Both the position numbers and the translations under genes were made by a program. A stretch of 64,000 nucleotides of DNA from assembly GCA_040285825.1 (NCBI GenBank), contig JAUPSS010000005.1, positions 186,001 through 250,000 on the forward strand, in the 5' to 3' direction. The notes under the pieces are model-generated. The model made no database searches. It worked only from the letters and a program-made list of their open reading frames with translations, and was not told the DNA's origin. Shown piece after piece: positions 34,040-46,583 of this stretch. This DNA comes from Eukaryota sp. TZLM1-RC. Lineage: Eukaryota; Protista; Metamonada: BaSk clade. Each line of letters begins with the position of its first letter. Position 1 is the first letter of the stretch.

Positions 34040-37000
34040 CTACATGCTGGCCATGGTCATCAACTTTTCCCTTCTAGCAGCAACTTCCCTTTCCAGTTGG
34101 CCATGGAGCTTGGCTGCCTTGGCTTCGTCACTACGAATCAATCCAGTAAATCTTCCCTGTAGTTCCAAGAATTGTTCAAGAGGTTTGAGCTCTTTTTTAT
34201 AATCAATTTGCAAGGGATTCTTTCCATCTGAATTTCTACTGGGATCATAACGGTAAAGAGGCCAAAAGCCAGTTTCAACAGCTAGTTTCATCAATCCATT
34301 AGCATTAGCAAGATCTGTTTGCCAAGCAATGCATGGAGTGAGACCAATAATGAGTGCAGGACCATCAAAGGCGATTGCTTCTCTAATGGTCTTAATGGTA
34401 TGATTCATGTCATAGCCAGAAGCAATGGAACCAACGTAAACATTACCAAAGGTTTGAACTATTTGGCCAAGATCCATTTTTGAACGGTTTTGTCCAGTCA
34501 TGCAAAACTTTCCTTTTGCTCCTTTAGGCGTAGCTTTAGAAGCTTGTCCTCCTGTGTTGCTATATACTTCAGTATCATAGACAAGCATTTTAATGTTAGC
34601 ACCAGAAGCTAAAACGTGCAGGACACCGTCCAAATCAATGTCCATGGCAGCACCATCTCCAAGTGCAGAAAGATAAACCTTCTTGGAAAATAAATCTTGT
34701 TCAGCTTTTGCGAGGGTAACGAATTGATGATCATCAGCCATTGTTGACAATTGTTGAACTATAGGATCAGCAAGTCTTCGAGATTCTTCAATAGAGTCAA
34801 AAGAGTCAATCCAATTCTGAACAAGTCCAGCAAATTCTGATTGGTTATCAGCAACATACTTTGTGGCAGCTTCAAGCAATCTTTTTCTTCGCCTTTCAAT
34901 TCCAATAAACATTCCATATGAGTACTCAGCATTATCTTCAAACAATGAAGTAGCCAAAGCAATACCCTTTCCTGATCTTGGATTCACTTGATAAGGACTG
35001 ACGGGAGCCATATTACCCCAAACCATAGAGCAACCAACAGCTTGGGACAGAACAATGCTTTCACCATACATTCTGCCTAAAATTGCCATTAATACTGGTT
35101 GGGTACATCCAGCACAAGCGCCAGAACTGAACAAATGAGGAAACTTAAAGCCTAAATCCTTGTAGTTCTTGTTAGACCCTAGCCCATGATCAGAATTAGC
35201 CAAATGCTCAATTGCATAATCCCATTTCTTTTCCTCTTCAGCTGCCACCTCATCAATTGGACGCATACTGAGAGAGTCTTTGGGACAGGCAGTGGTACAC
35301 AAGGTGCAAGAAAGACAGTCGTTGGGGGCTACTTGAATACGATAAGATAATCCTTTTCCCTTACCTTTGAGAGGAACAGTTTCAAAACCATTAGGTAAAT
35401 CTTTCTTTTGCTCTTCATCAACAACAAATGTTCTGATAGCTTGGTGAGGACAGGCGACAACACAGGCATGGCAAGAAATACATGTAGATGAATCCCAAAC
35501 AGGGGCCTTAGTTCCAACTCTTCTTCTTTCATATCTAGTTGTATCAGTAGGGAGCTTACCATCAGTCATCCCTGCAACTTGAGAGACAGTAACTTCATGG
35601 CCAACTCTTCTAATGGCAGGAAGAAGAACATCATTGAATACAAGGGGTGCACCTTCAACTTTAAAAGGAGTAAATTCTCCGGCTTGAATCCAATCATTTT
35701 TGATTGGAATTTCCACCAAATATTGAAGAGATTCGTCAATAGCTTTAATGTTCATTTCAACAACATCATCTCCTTTTCCAGCATAGGTTTTCTTCACAGC
35801 ATCCTTGAGAAGAGATAATGCCTGTTCGATGGGGAGAACTGCAGAAAGTTTAAAAAAGACAGATTGCAGAATGTTGTTAACCCGATTCTTTAGCCCAACC
35901 TTTTCAGCTACAGAGAGAGCATCAATTGCGAATACCTTGACCTCTCTTTCAGCTAGAATCTTGAGATAGTGTTCAGGCAGGTTTTGTTCTAATTCCTCAG
36001 CAGTGGTCCATGGAGCATTCAAAACAAACACCCCGCCCTTCTTGATAGGAGACAGAATATTGGGGAAGGAGTGAACCAAGGAGGTTTTGTGGACAGCAAC
36101 ATAGCTTGCACTAGTACATTGATAGGTAGACTTGATTGGGGAAGGAGAGAAACGTAAATGAGAGGTGACATGACCATTGGTTTTCTTTGCAGAAAAATCA
36201 AAGTAGCATTGAGTGTAAAACTCAGTATTACCACCAATAATGTCACAGGCGTTTCTATTGGCTCCCATGGTTCCATCCCCACCAATAGACCAAAATACGG
36301 CTTCAGTACAACAATCAGGAAGAGTAACAGGACAGTTGGATGGAATTGCAAGAGAGGTATGGGTTAAATCATCAATGGGACCAACCACGAATCTGTGTTT
36401 GGGTTCTCCTAGAGCAAGGTTATTCAAGACGGCAAAAACATGAGAAGGATTAAATTCAAAGCCACAGACACCGTAACTACCACCCACAATGATGGGTCGT
36501 TCCCTGCGACCTTGATCTGATGCACGTGAGAATGCATTCTGAACATCGAGACAGAGGGGATCAGCAGAGGCATTTTCTCTGGCCTTGTCTAACACACAAA
36601 TACGTTTCACGGTCTTTGGAACGGCATCAAGAATGTGTTGATCTGAGAATGGTCTAAACAAATGAACGGATACCATTCCCACCTTTTCACCCTTTTGAGC
36701 CAAGTATTCAATGACTTCTTGAACGGTGGATGCACCACTACCCATGAGGATGATGACTTGCTCAGCTTCGGGGTGACCATAGTAGTTGAAGAGTTGATAT
36801 CTACGTCCAGTGATTGAATAGACTCGATCCATTGCTTCTTCAACAATTCCGGGAATGGCCCTTTTTTCACTCTCAATGGCTAGGGTAGTTTGCCACCATA
36901 GACCGTTTTCACAGCCATAACCAGACATTGTGGGCTTGGAATTGTTCAAACCAACAGTGGATCTGAACTCATTTGCTTCATTGATGGGGAAGTGTTCTTT

Positions 37001-37642
37001 AATGACTTCGGCTTCAATTTGATCGATTTTGTGGAATTCATGTGACTATGGTTAAAATAGTAGCAACTCATACTGTTCTCAATCCATCATAGAAGTGGAG
37101 AAATGGATGTCTAGCCTTGACTGCAGCGTAATGGGAAACAAAAGCCAAATCGCTAGCTTCTTGCACAGAGTTTGAACTCAGCATAGCCGCACCAGTTTGA
37201 CGGCAAGCATAAACATCAGAGTGATCACAATTAAGGGCACCAGCGAAGGAGAAGACTTGCCTACTTGCGATGTGAAACACAGCGGGCTGGGAAGCGCCAG
37301 CGAGCTTATAAATGTTAGGCACCATTAGTAATAGACCTTGGCTACAAGTGACTATTGTGAGAATAACATATTCGGGTAGGACATACAAGTAGTTGTTAAA
37401 GCACCATTGTTTGAAGCTCCACTGAGAGCGCTGACGACACCTTTTTCACTTTGGAGTTCATGAACTTCTGGAACTTCGTCGTAAATGTTTTTGACACCTG
37501 AAGCAGAAAGATTGTCAGCCAGTTCATTGCCTCCGGTTGAGGGAGTAATCGGATAGATGCAGAAGATATCAGAGCATTGGTAGGCCGAGTGTGCAGCAGC
37601 GGAGTTCCCGTCCGTGGTGACGTAGTTGGAAGTTCTGGTCAT
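34040..37642 (-). CDS. PFOR: Pyruvate(2-oxoacid):ferredoxin oxidoreductase, ~1179 aa; introns 37352-37386 and 37046-37073
   Basis: DGNSAAA, YPITPS, SQGLLLM, GLRTSHE, GGDGT, two CxxCxxCxxxCP clusters, GACAGC, FEDNAE, GDG..D, DTEVYSNTGGQ. The spliced length is a multiple of 3. Confidence 0.96.
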
Positions 37643-37829
37643 CTCTCGAATCGAGAAAATGATCTTTTGAGCGATGAATGTAATTTAGTCTAAATTATTT
37701 TGACCTTGGTAGACTCATCAGACTTTCAAAGACCAACGCAGTGAATTTGAGCAGTAGACTAATGATGGAGAGTTCGGAATTAGGCCAGGGACAGTTTGTC
37801 TATTCCTATAGGTTGTGTGGTAGATTTTT

Positions 37830-38150
37830 AGAAAACCTAGGTATTCACAGGTATTTTTGGCAATATTGGACCTTCAGGGTTGCACTTTTTTGAAAATTTC
37901 AAAAAAAGTGTTACTGAATAGGTCTGGTAAAACAATGAACTCCACTTTCTGGATAAATAGAATTGTTTTCTGCATTTTCAAGTCTATTCCAACAATGATT
38001 TCAAAGGCGCTTTTAGCTATTGGTGTAGAATATGAACGTAATGCTGTGAGTAGGTTCAGTAATAGTGACGCTTGTTTGGAGGATATTGATTTCTAGATGG
38101 TTATTTTTATCTCAATAATTATTCCAGTTTTATAAATAAATTAAATAAAA
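37830..38150 (+). mobile_element. 3' fragment of RLE non-LTR retrotransposon (family D)
   Basis: FWINRIVFCIFKSIPTMISKAL..EDIDF, homologous to 46190-46420. Confidence 0.75.
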
Positions 38151-38159
38151 AAATATTTA

Positions 38160-39130
38160 TATAAAGAATCAAATAAAAACAAAACAAACTAAAACACATA
38201 AGAAACTAAATTCTCCACGCCAACTCTTGATGAATCCTTATAAAGTTTTGACATCATTAAACTCAAGTACTTGGGAACACTTCTGTACAAAGCGAAAATG
38301 ATACGATTTTTCCATAAATTCTCTGCAAAATTCTTACCACTTGAACGACATAAATTACCAAAATCATTGATGAAATTCAAGGCGGATTGTCCAATGTTGC
38401 CAAAAATCGAAAAGGCAAAAGGAACAAACGAAAACTTCGAATAAAGGTTCTTATTTAAATCATTTAATATCTCAGTATATTTATCTCTCTTACGATCTTC
38501 AGCCTTGTTTAAATGACCATTAGTACTAAGTAAAACATCATCGCGATAAACAAAAAGCAAAGGGATCAACTGTAGTGAAATCAACAACAACTTGAGAGGA
38601 ATCCACAAAAGGAGCAATTAAATCACCTCGACGTGAATTAAAAAGATTATCATCACTATAATGCTTCAACAAAGGTTCTACTTTGCAACTAAAATTGTAA
38701 CACTTGAACATCTCATATGTCACATCACGAACGGCATTATGAAGAACTGACCTATATTGGAGAAATTTCTTACAGCTCACAATATGACGAAAATTGGCAG
38801 TAGGTTTTTTGTTACAAATACAATAAGAATTGTCCAAAAGACCACTTGGATACATCCCTAATCTCAACCGCATGTTTTGTTTCCAAGCTTCATTTGTTAA
38901 GTGAAGACCAAATGGCCTTGGTTGCTGAGATATTAAACTAGTACAGTTCTGAATGTCTGACAAAAAGGCAGCAAAGACGGGATTATTAATCTTAGTCACA
39001 CTAAGTCGTTTAGAAAAATCCAGGTCTTCAAAACCAATAAGAACAGACTTCTGTAATTTCACAACAGCAAGATGAAGGTTGGTGAAAGATCTCGAAGGCA
39101 CAGCAGGCAAACTTGAAGGAAAAATCAATT
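38160..39130 (-). mobile_element. 5'-truncated RLE non-LTR retrotransposon (family C)
   Basis: MRLRLG, CIC..HIVSC, HNAVRD, RRGDL..VVDFTTVDP, AEDRKRDKY, FVPFAFSIFG, WKNRIIF. Confidence 0.88.
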
Positions 39131-39564
39131 AAATGTTTTTTAAAAAAAAGGTATTCACATATGTCTTATTGACAATATTATCTTCTGTACAATACCAGAG
39201 AACATTTCGTTTTCACAAAATGAATTATCTCTGACATAACTAAGCCATAAAACATAATAAACAAGGTAATGAAGAAAAAGAAATTATTGGTGTCTTGAAA
39301 AAGCCATAGATATTCACCATCCAATTCAAGTTTCCGTGGTTCGATTTGGAGAGTTTTCTAAACTGTGCCAATGATTGGGTTGCTTCAACACTTTATCAAT
39401 AAGAACCTAATATTTATTTAAAAAAAAAGTGACAAATAAAGTGAAAGCTCAGGTTCTAAAAACTAACTGCAAAAAGACTATTGCTAATGAGGGAAAAAAC
39501 AAAAGAAATCTAAAGAAACAAAAATATTAATATAAATAGACCAAAAACAAAAAAAGATCCCGCA

Positions 39565-41463
39565 CTAACTACTACCCCTGACACTGTCCTTTTGTTTCTT
39601 CTTTTCTTTCTTTTCCTCCTCCCTTTGATTCCTGTCAAGTGCAGACTCCAAGCTAAGACCATCATCTTTTTTGGCCCATTCAACAACCAAATGCCTACCA
39701 TAAAAATGAACTGCTGAAATTCCCTCAAAGGCCCTACTGGCCTCATCAGAAGTGGCAAATTCCACAAAACAGAAACCTCTAGAAGTGCCATCAAACTTCT
39801 TTGGTAATCTGAAAACTTTAATTTCTCCAAATGAACCAAACAATTGCTTGAGTTCTTTCCTTGAGGCTTCAAATGGAATGTTTCGAACAATAATCTTTGC
39901 GTCAGATTGATCCTTCTTTGGCTTCACTGCTACCAACGTGCTATTCATTCCCTTTGTAGGTCCCTTAGAAGCTTCCTTGGCAAGAGAAAGTGAAAGAGTG
40001 CAGTTATTCAATACAGAATTATTCAAACGAACAACAACATTAACAGCCTTATCCCTATCGCTAAATTCTGCAAAACCGAATCCTAATGGTTCATTTGAAT
40101 GCTTTTTCTTGCTAATTTTCACACTTCTGGGCCTGTGAACAGTGGATAAGTGGGCCATTAACTGATCCTCACTAGTTTCGTCACTCAAATTTTTAACAAA
40201 CACTGTACTACTACTGTTTTCTTCATCATCAATCTCAACTTTGCCACCAGTTTTGATACCAATAGGGGCAAACTCCAAATAAAGAGGTTGTCCTTGAAAC
40301 TTTTTGTAAGCCAACTTTTGGAAAGCCTTCTTCGCGTGGGATGGTTCGCCCATTTCAACTATACTAAGAGCGTTATTTGAGGTTGAGAGGACTGAAATTA
40401 CTGGACCAAACCTACCAAAAAGTTCTTGAATATCTTCATTTGTTGAATCAATTGGTAAATTCTTGATTAAAATAATGGTATTTGACCTTTGTACAGTGTT
40501 TCTATCAGCCAAAACTTCCAAATTTATTCCATTATTCTTTAGAAATTCTTTTGCTTCAGCTACCACAGAGCTCTCAGCCAATGCAGTTCTGACCGCACCA
40601 TCAGTACTTAAAAACTCTTCTTTGCTTACATCCAAGTTGTTGAGAGTAGCATTAACTGCGGTATCAGCCCGAACGAACAAAGAATTCCAATTAAAAGCAT
40701 TACCAGCTTGGTTTTGTTTGATTTGTTGGGCAGCTTGTTTAAATGATTCTATTTTTGATTTTGCATTTTTTCGTTTTTCATCAACATCATCTTCTTCGAG
40801 TTTCTTAGGAAGAATGTGTAGTAGCCGTCCGTGGAGATAAGTGTTGTCCAGTTCAGTGTAAGCACTAACTGCATCTTTGGGGAAAAGGTAAGAAATGGTA
40901 GCAAAACCTTTGGGTCGAGATAAATTATCATCAATTGGTAAAGAAAGTGCTGAAATCTCGCCAAATTTAGAAAATATTTCAGATAGCTCATCCTCCGTAA
41001 TGGAGTAGGGCAAATTTCGGAGGAATAATTCGCCAGAATCAGCAATTTGGTCAAGAACTTTCTGAGGAGACATTTCGTCCCAGAGTTCCCTTCTTAAATC
41101 ATCAGAACACGATCTTTTCTTCTTCTTTGGGGGTTCAGGTTGGGCTGATGAGTCAGAGGAGTGTTTCTTTTGCTTTTCTTTTGTGTACTTTGACCAAGGT
41201 CTAGGAAGATTAGGATCACCTTGAGGACGGGCGAAATCAACAGAAAGCTTGGCCATGCCAATGAAAGAATTGTTGAGGTGTTTGACAGCATGTGAGGCTT
41301 GATTTTCATCCTTGAAACCAACAAAGCCAAATCTTCGAGAGAAACCAGCTGAGTTGGTAACTACTTTAACATCGGTAACTTCTCCACAGTGTTGAAAGTG
41401 TTTACGCAGCATTGCCTCATTACATGTGTCAGGAAATCCTCTTACAATGATACGGGAAGTCAT
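39565..41463 (-). CDS. RBM19: Multiple-RRM ribosome biogenesis protein RBM19/Mrd1
   Basis: Five RRMs; SRIIVRGFP, SRRFGFVGF, LPRPWSKY, FNWNSLF, AVRTALAES, VRNIPFEA, HFYGRHLVVEWA. Confidence 0.93.
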   Translation of the reverse strand: MTSRIIVRGFPDTCNEAMLRKHFQHCGEVTDVKVVTNSAGFSRRFGFVGFKDENQASHAVKHLNNSFIGMAKLSVDFARPQGDPNLPRPWSKYTKEKQKKHSSDSSAQPEPPKKKKRSCSDDLRRELWDEMSPQKVLDQIADSGELFLRNLPYSITEDELSEIFSKFGEISALSLPIDDNLSRPKGFATISYLFPKDAVSAYTELDNTYLHGRLLHILPKKLEEDDVDEKRKNAKSKIESFKQAAQQIKQNQAGNAFNWNSLFVRADTAVNATLNNLDVSKEEFLSTDGAVRTALAESSVVAEAKEFLKNNGINLEVLADRNTVQRSNTIILIKNLPIDSTNEDIQELFGRFGPVISVLSTSNNALSIVEMGEPSHAKKAFQKLAYKKFQGQPLYLEFAPIGIKTGGKVEIDDEENSSSTVFVKNLSDETSEDQLMAHLSTVHRPRSVKISKKKHSNEPLGFGFAEFSDRDKAVNVVVRLNNSVLNNCTLSLSLAKEASKGPTKGMNSTLVAVKPKKDQSDAKIIVRNIPFEASRKELKQLFGSFGEIKVFRLPKKFDGTSRGFCFVEFATSDEASRAFEGISAVHFYGRHLVVEWAKKDDGLSLESALDRNQREEEKKEKKKQKDSVRGSS

Positions 41464-42058
41464 GATAAGGATGGGGTGTATTTGGCCAAAGAAGGTTGTT
41501 TTACAATTTATTGTGATTAATGAGAGAAATTCAGTTGCAAAAAGAACAACATCATGGTGACGTCAAATCACACATCACCGTTTGAGTGCCAGAGACGTCA
41601 CCAAATTTTCTTAAGTTCTTTTACATTTCACTGTCGTTATGTCATCTGTTTCCAAATCAATTCATCGTCAATGGAATAGATCATAAATATTGATTTGTTA
41701 AAACTTGTGGTGGTTTTGTCAACGACAGAGAAAAATCAGAGTATTGTTTGGAAACAATTAGTACAGTAATTGTATTATCTATATTCACATCACTAGTGAT
41801 GGCCTCTATAAGGGACTTCATCTACTGAAAACCAATTTTCAGTTGCTTTACGTTTAAGTTCACAGCATCCTGAATCAGCTGAATTGCAAATTGAAGTTGA
41901 ATTGAAGTTTCGGTATCATGTGTCACTAAATGTACCACCCTAATAGGTTTTATCACGATCGTTGATGACTCTGGAGCGGTAGATTGTAAGCATTTCAAAT
42001 CAGCAAAAAACTCAACAAAAAGTGGAAAAACAAAATGACACTCACATTTTTAACCGCA

Positions 42059-42711
42059 ATGGTCGACGTATCGGAAATCCTTAAGGACGTGTCTGTTGAA
42101 TTCACCCCAATGTTCTGGACTGCTGTAGCCACTATCATTTTGTCACCGCTTATTTGGAATATTGTATCACGACTTGAATACAACACTCGGTTCATGACCA
42201 AGATCTTCGGCAATAAGACCGTTGCTTGTTATATTTTTGCCATCTATGTGTTCTTCTTCTCACTATTTCGTGATATTGTATTCAAATTTGCTGTTGTCCA
42301 AGGCTCTGATCTAAAACATCTCATTCCTGAACAATTAGCATTACCACACCTTATTTTGACTGCAATCCTTTATGTTGTTGGCGGTGTTTTGGTCCTTGGA
42401 TCTTCGATACGTCTCAAGATCATTGGAACTTATTGCGGGTGTGTCACTTTCCTTAAATTAACTCTAGTGATTATTTTGACATTTTCCCTTTTGATGCACC
42501 CATTAAGAGCTTCCCTTTCAATGTCTGTAACAACCCTATGTACGTAGGAAGTTCGTTGCTGTTTTTGGCATTTGCTGTGCAGTTTTTGTCTCCCACAGGA
42601 TTCATTTTGACAGCATTGACAGCTATTGTTTATAAGGTAGCATTGTTCTATGAAGAGCCTTTTACTCAAGAAATCTACAAGAAAAAGGCTGAAATGGAGA
42701 AGAAAGACTAG
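42059..42711 (+). CDS. PEMT: Phospholipid N-methyltransferase (PEMT/Opi3), ~207 aa; intron 42439-42467
   Basis: PLIWNIVSRLEY, GTYCGDYF after splicing, FPFNVCNNPMYVGS, YEEPFTQEIY. Confidence 0.93.
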
Positions 42712-43672
42712 TTTACGGTTTTTAGGAGTTGAATTTATTATTTTGCAATAAAATTTGTAACCTTTTTGAAATTATTTCTCAATTTTGCTATATTCAAGAT
42801 AACAATCATTTTCAACAAGCAAATGGTATGATTCTCCAATATGAGGAACACAACGAAGAAGTGCACAGTTGCTTTTTGTTTAATTGTTACAATAACCATT
42901 GATTGAGTGGTGATCTCGACATTTATTGTTTATTTAAATGGTTCTTTCAGTAGATATTGAAGATAACTACCTTTAGAAACTGTAGTTCTTAGGCTTTCAC
43001 CAAAATTCAAATTTGAAACGTAATTAATTGTTATTATTTTATTATTTTTATTTGGGGCTGGGTAAGAAGAACACGTCTACCCACCACTCTAAACATGGTA
43101 TTTTTCCGCTCAATGCATAAACAAAATTTTCTTTATTACATCATGATGTAATTGATGACGTCATCACTTCAGTCTCTCATGCTACTTCAATGACTTCCTA
43201 CTTTCACTAGTTAATCAGCCAACTTATGAAAAACATTAAATGAAGTTTTTATGAACAACATGCTACAAAGACATTCTATCAATCTATTCTGTATTGATCT
43301 TCAAACAAATCTTCTGATGCAGTTGCTACATTCAATTCACACCAATCTGAATCATCACTACTGCCTTCTAAATCAAACTCATGAAGTAAGGGTACCGATC
43401 TCCAAGAGATAATTGGTTGGCAAGGGTTGTGTAGAGTAGCTGTTTTAATCGCGCCATTTGAAGAGAATGTTGTCATGTTTATATGAATGTAGGTAGATGT
43501 GTACTTTTCCTTATTTAATTTGATTATTTTTCCTCTGTTATTTTCAACATTTCATTTAGTTTTACTATTTTTTTGAAGTCCACACTGATTTAGGTAAGTT
43601 TCCGTCAATTTGGTCTACATTTCGTTCATAACAGTACAAAAACAGAATTCTTAATTCCATTTTTTCTGAAAT

Positions 43673-43808
43673 TGTTGTTGTTGCCGACATAGGCTAGACA
43701 TCTGAGGATTTCAGTTGATGACGTGGCACTTGTTCAAGAAAAGGTATTATTATTAATTAATACTCTTTTCTGTCTTTACTTCTTTGGCATTGCTGCCTAA
43801 CGGCATCA
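43673..43808 (+). mobile_element. Solo LTR related to the 15824 element
   Basis: 136 bp; same termini TGTTGTTGTTG and CTGCCTAACGGCATCA, internal TGATGACGTG; flanks AAAT/AAAC. Confidence 0.8.
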
Positions 43809-43878
43809 AAACGATGTTTTTTCTTCCAAAATATAAGTACTTGACAACAATGCCCCACACAGCAACACATATTATGAG

Positions 43879-43914
43879 TTAGGGGTAGGGTTAGGGTTAG
43901 GCTTAGGGTTAGGG
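43879..43914 (+). repeat. Interstitial telomere-like repeat (TTAGGG)x6, two variant units
   Basis: TTAGGG GTAGGG TTAGGG TTAGGC TTAGGG TTAGGG. Confidence 0.85.
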
Positions 43915-44039
43915 TGAGTCACAGCAGAAGCAAAAATGTGTCATATAAGCATAAAAAGGACAACGGAATTCAGAGTCAAAAAGTTTAACATAATGCTTAT
44001 GTTGCCTCTGACACTTTGATTCCAATTCAGCAAATATTA

Positions 44040-44930
44040 ATTTTATTTTTATCAATCTTTTTTATTTATTCATTTAATAAGAAACATGAAAACATAAAAT
44101 CCACAACTCAAACTCCACATCCTCAAAACCTGCCTCCCCTACATCAAAACAATGAATTGCTAAAGATTCAGAAAATTTCCCAAAAGAAGAGAGTGAATCA
44201 GAAAGTAATTTTACCGTTCCCTTGAAAATGGAAAATACAATCCTGTTTTCCCAGTACACACGATTGAAAATTCTTCCAGTTATTTCCTTTACAATTACAA
44301 CAAAATCCTCCAGGAAAGCCATAGCAGCCTTACCTAGAGATCCAAGCAAAGAAAAAACAAAGGGAGATAAATTATATTGGACATGAGAATTATCATTAAC
44401 TGAGCAAATAGATTTCGCATATTCAGCAATTTTATATTTTTCGCCAGCAAGAAGAGGATTATTTACATCCGAGTTAATGAGATGTTCGTTAGCAGAATTA
44501 CAAGGGTCCATGGAAATGGCGTCTAAAATAGTAAAACTACCATTTAAGCCTAACCCATTATAACCCATTTATTATACCCATTTATAACCGGTAACAACCA
44601 AATCACCTCATGTGAGCCCCAAAGAAGCTCTGTTGTAGCACTTACTATCAATATTGGGGTCATCAAGAATTAATTTCGATGGCAAAGGCTCCAAAACGGA
44701 ATCTACTCGATATGATTTGCACCTTACATAAATTTGGTCCCTAACATTGTTATGCACTTTACTTCTAAATGCAATGAACTGTTTACAGTTCAAAAGAATG
44801 AGGAAACAAAAGACGTTTACCACATTTACATGCTGAATGACTGGGCAAATTGTTCGGCCATAGAAAACAACGAAAACGCATGTGGAAAAGCCATTCATTG
44901 TAAAATTGTTTTGCACAATTGTTGGATTTA
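44040..44930 (-). mobile_element. 5'-truncated CRE-like LINE family B
   Basis: RSKVHNNVRDQI, LDAISMDP, GEKYKIAEY, YWENRIVF; highly similar to 63600-64000. Confidence 0.88.
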
Positions 44931-44934
44931 GTCT

Positions 44935-45800
44935 GGTGTTGAGGATGATTTTTATAAGAATAATAGAGGTGATGTCATATTACCTGGTTTAGATGGACCA
45001 TTCATGGAAAACAAAATTGCTTTTGACACACACTATGCAAGCACTTGGTACAAAGAAAGATTCAAAAAAAATAGAAATTTGTTGGTGAAAAGCAATTGAA
45101 TTTGCCGGCGATAGAAATTTGTTGACCATAATATCAAAATTTGACAGGATCAAACTGTCTCATTTCAAATTAGATTGGAATTTTCAGAACATTGAACACT
45201 CATTCTGTTCCTCACGTCCATTAAATGCATTTTGTACAACAGGACTACCACAAAAAATATGCCAATGATATATTTGTATTTGCAAACCTTTGGGATTTCC
45301 TTCAGATCCACTCAATCTATATTTTTGTTGACGTCGATGTGCTATAGGCAAACAATTACTGGATGTAATGACTGTTGATCCTTTTAGTACCTCAAATGAA
45401 ATTCTTGCTAAGTCTGAAATTCATAATCCTCTTCCAAATGCTCAAAATTTCAAGATCAAAAAAATACAGTGTACCTTTATCGAAATTGTCTACCCAACAA
45501 CATGTGAAATACAATTTGTATCCGTTTGTTTTTTCTCTTTTTGGTTCAGTTGCTCCCACCACTTTACGTTTTTTGGCAGAATTGGAAATTATTGTAAAGA
45601 AAACAACGAATAGAAAAAGTAACAGATTGTTTTGGCAAAATAGAATTGTGTTTTCTATTTTTGAGGGAAAGTTTGAAGCTGGTTTCTGATGTTTTGCTTT
45701 CTCTTGGTTGTAACTCTGAGAGAGTTGCATCTACTTATTTTGTTTTGGGAGAGATGGATTATTTTGATGTTGATTTTTAAGTTGTTTAATAAATAGATAC
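44935..45800 (+). mobile_element. Fragments of another RLE LINE family (E)
   Basis: NRGDVILPGLDG at ~44960; DVMTVDPF..KIKKY..LYPFVFSLFGS..FWQNRIVF at 45360-45780. Confidence 0.75.
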
Positions 45801-45999
45801 TATTTAAAAAATGTATTAAATTCATCATTGACGGCATGTTGTAAATTAATGATAAGGAGGAAATTTTATCACCGATTTAAACGACTACACCAACTTAAGA
45901 GATTCATTAAAGAATTTAGTTGTTTACAAGAAACAACCTCTTCAAAGATCCACGGAACATGGAAAATTGCTTGTACCTGAATGAACCTTTGAACCTTGC

Positions 46000-46430
46000 A
46001 GCCAGTTAGATTTGAAGGTAAAGCTATCGACTTCATTGACTAGTTTTTATGCAATCATTGGAACGGATAAAAGTAATACAGATGATGTTAAAACCAAAAA
46101 ACTATCTTGGAAAACCTTTGAAAGAATTGAAACATATTTACCATGTGGATTACCAAATTTGCCCATTTGCTTTATCTCTGCATGGATGTTCTAAAAAACT
46201 GCAATAAATTTTATTGATGATTTTGAAAATCTGGTGAAAAAAGAATGAATAAGCGGTTTGATCGTTGTATGTGGTTACATCATATTGTTGTTACTATTTT
46301 TAAAACAATTCCTCAAATGATTTCGAAGGCTTTGATGACTGTCAGTGCACATTACGAAAACATTGCTGTTGTACGGTTTGATGAAGTGGAAGGTGTTTTC
46401 GAAGATATTGATTTTTAGATTACAGTTTTA
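46000..46430 (+). mobile_element. Degenerate 3' fragment of RLE LINE family D
   Basis: IFKTIPQMISKAL..FEDIDF stop, homologous to 37857-38096. Confidence 0.7.
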
Positions 46431-46583
46431 AAAATATATTTAAATTATAGAAACGATGGTAGTTGATTGTTTTTGTAATTATTCCACACGAAAATAGGTC
46501 GTGAACTTACGGGAATTTCCTGTTCATTGGACTACACAACCTACCAAATACCATTGACCTTGTTGCACTAGAAATCCTACTAC

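Noticed and set aside
43279-43476. 65-aa ORF with discoidin-like FDLEGSSDDSDW
   Set aside because: Too short; a single weak motif.
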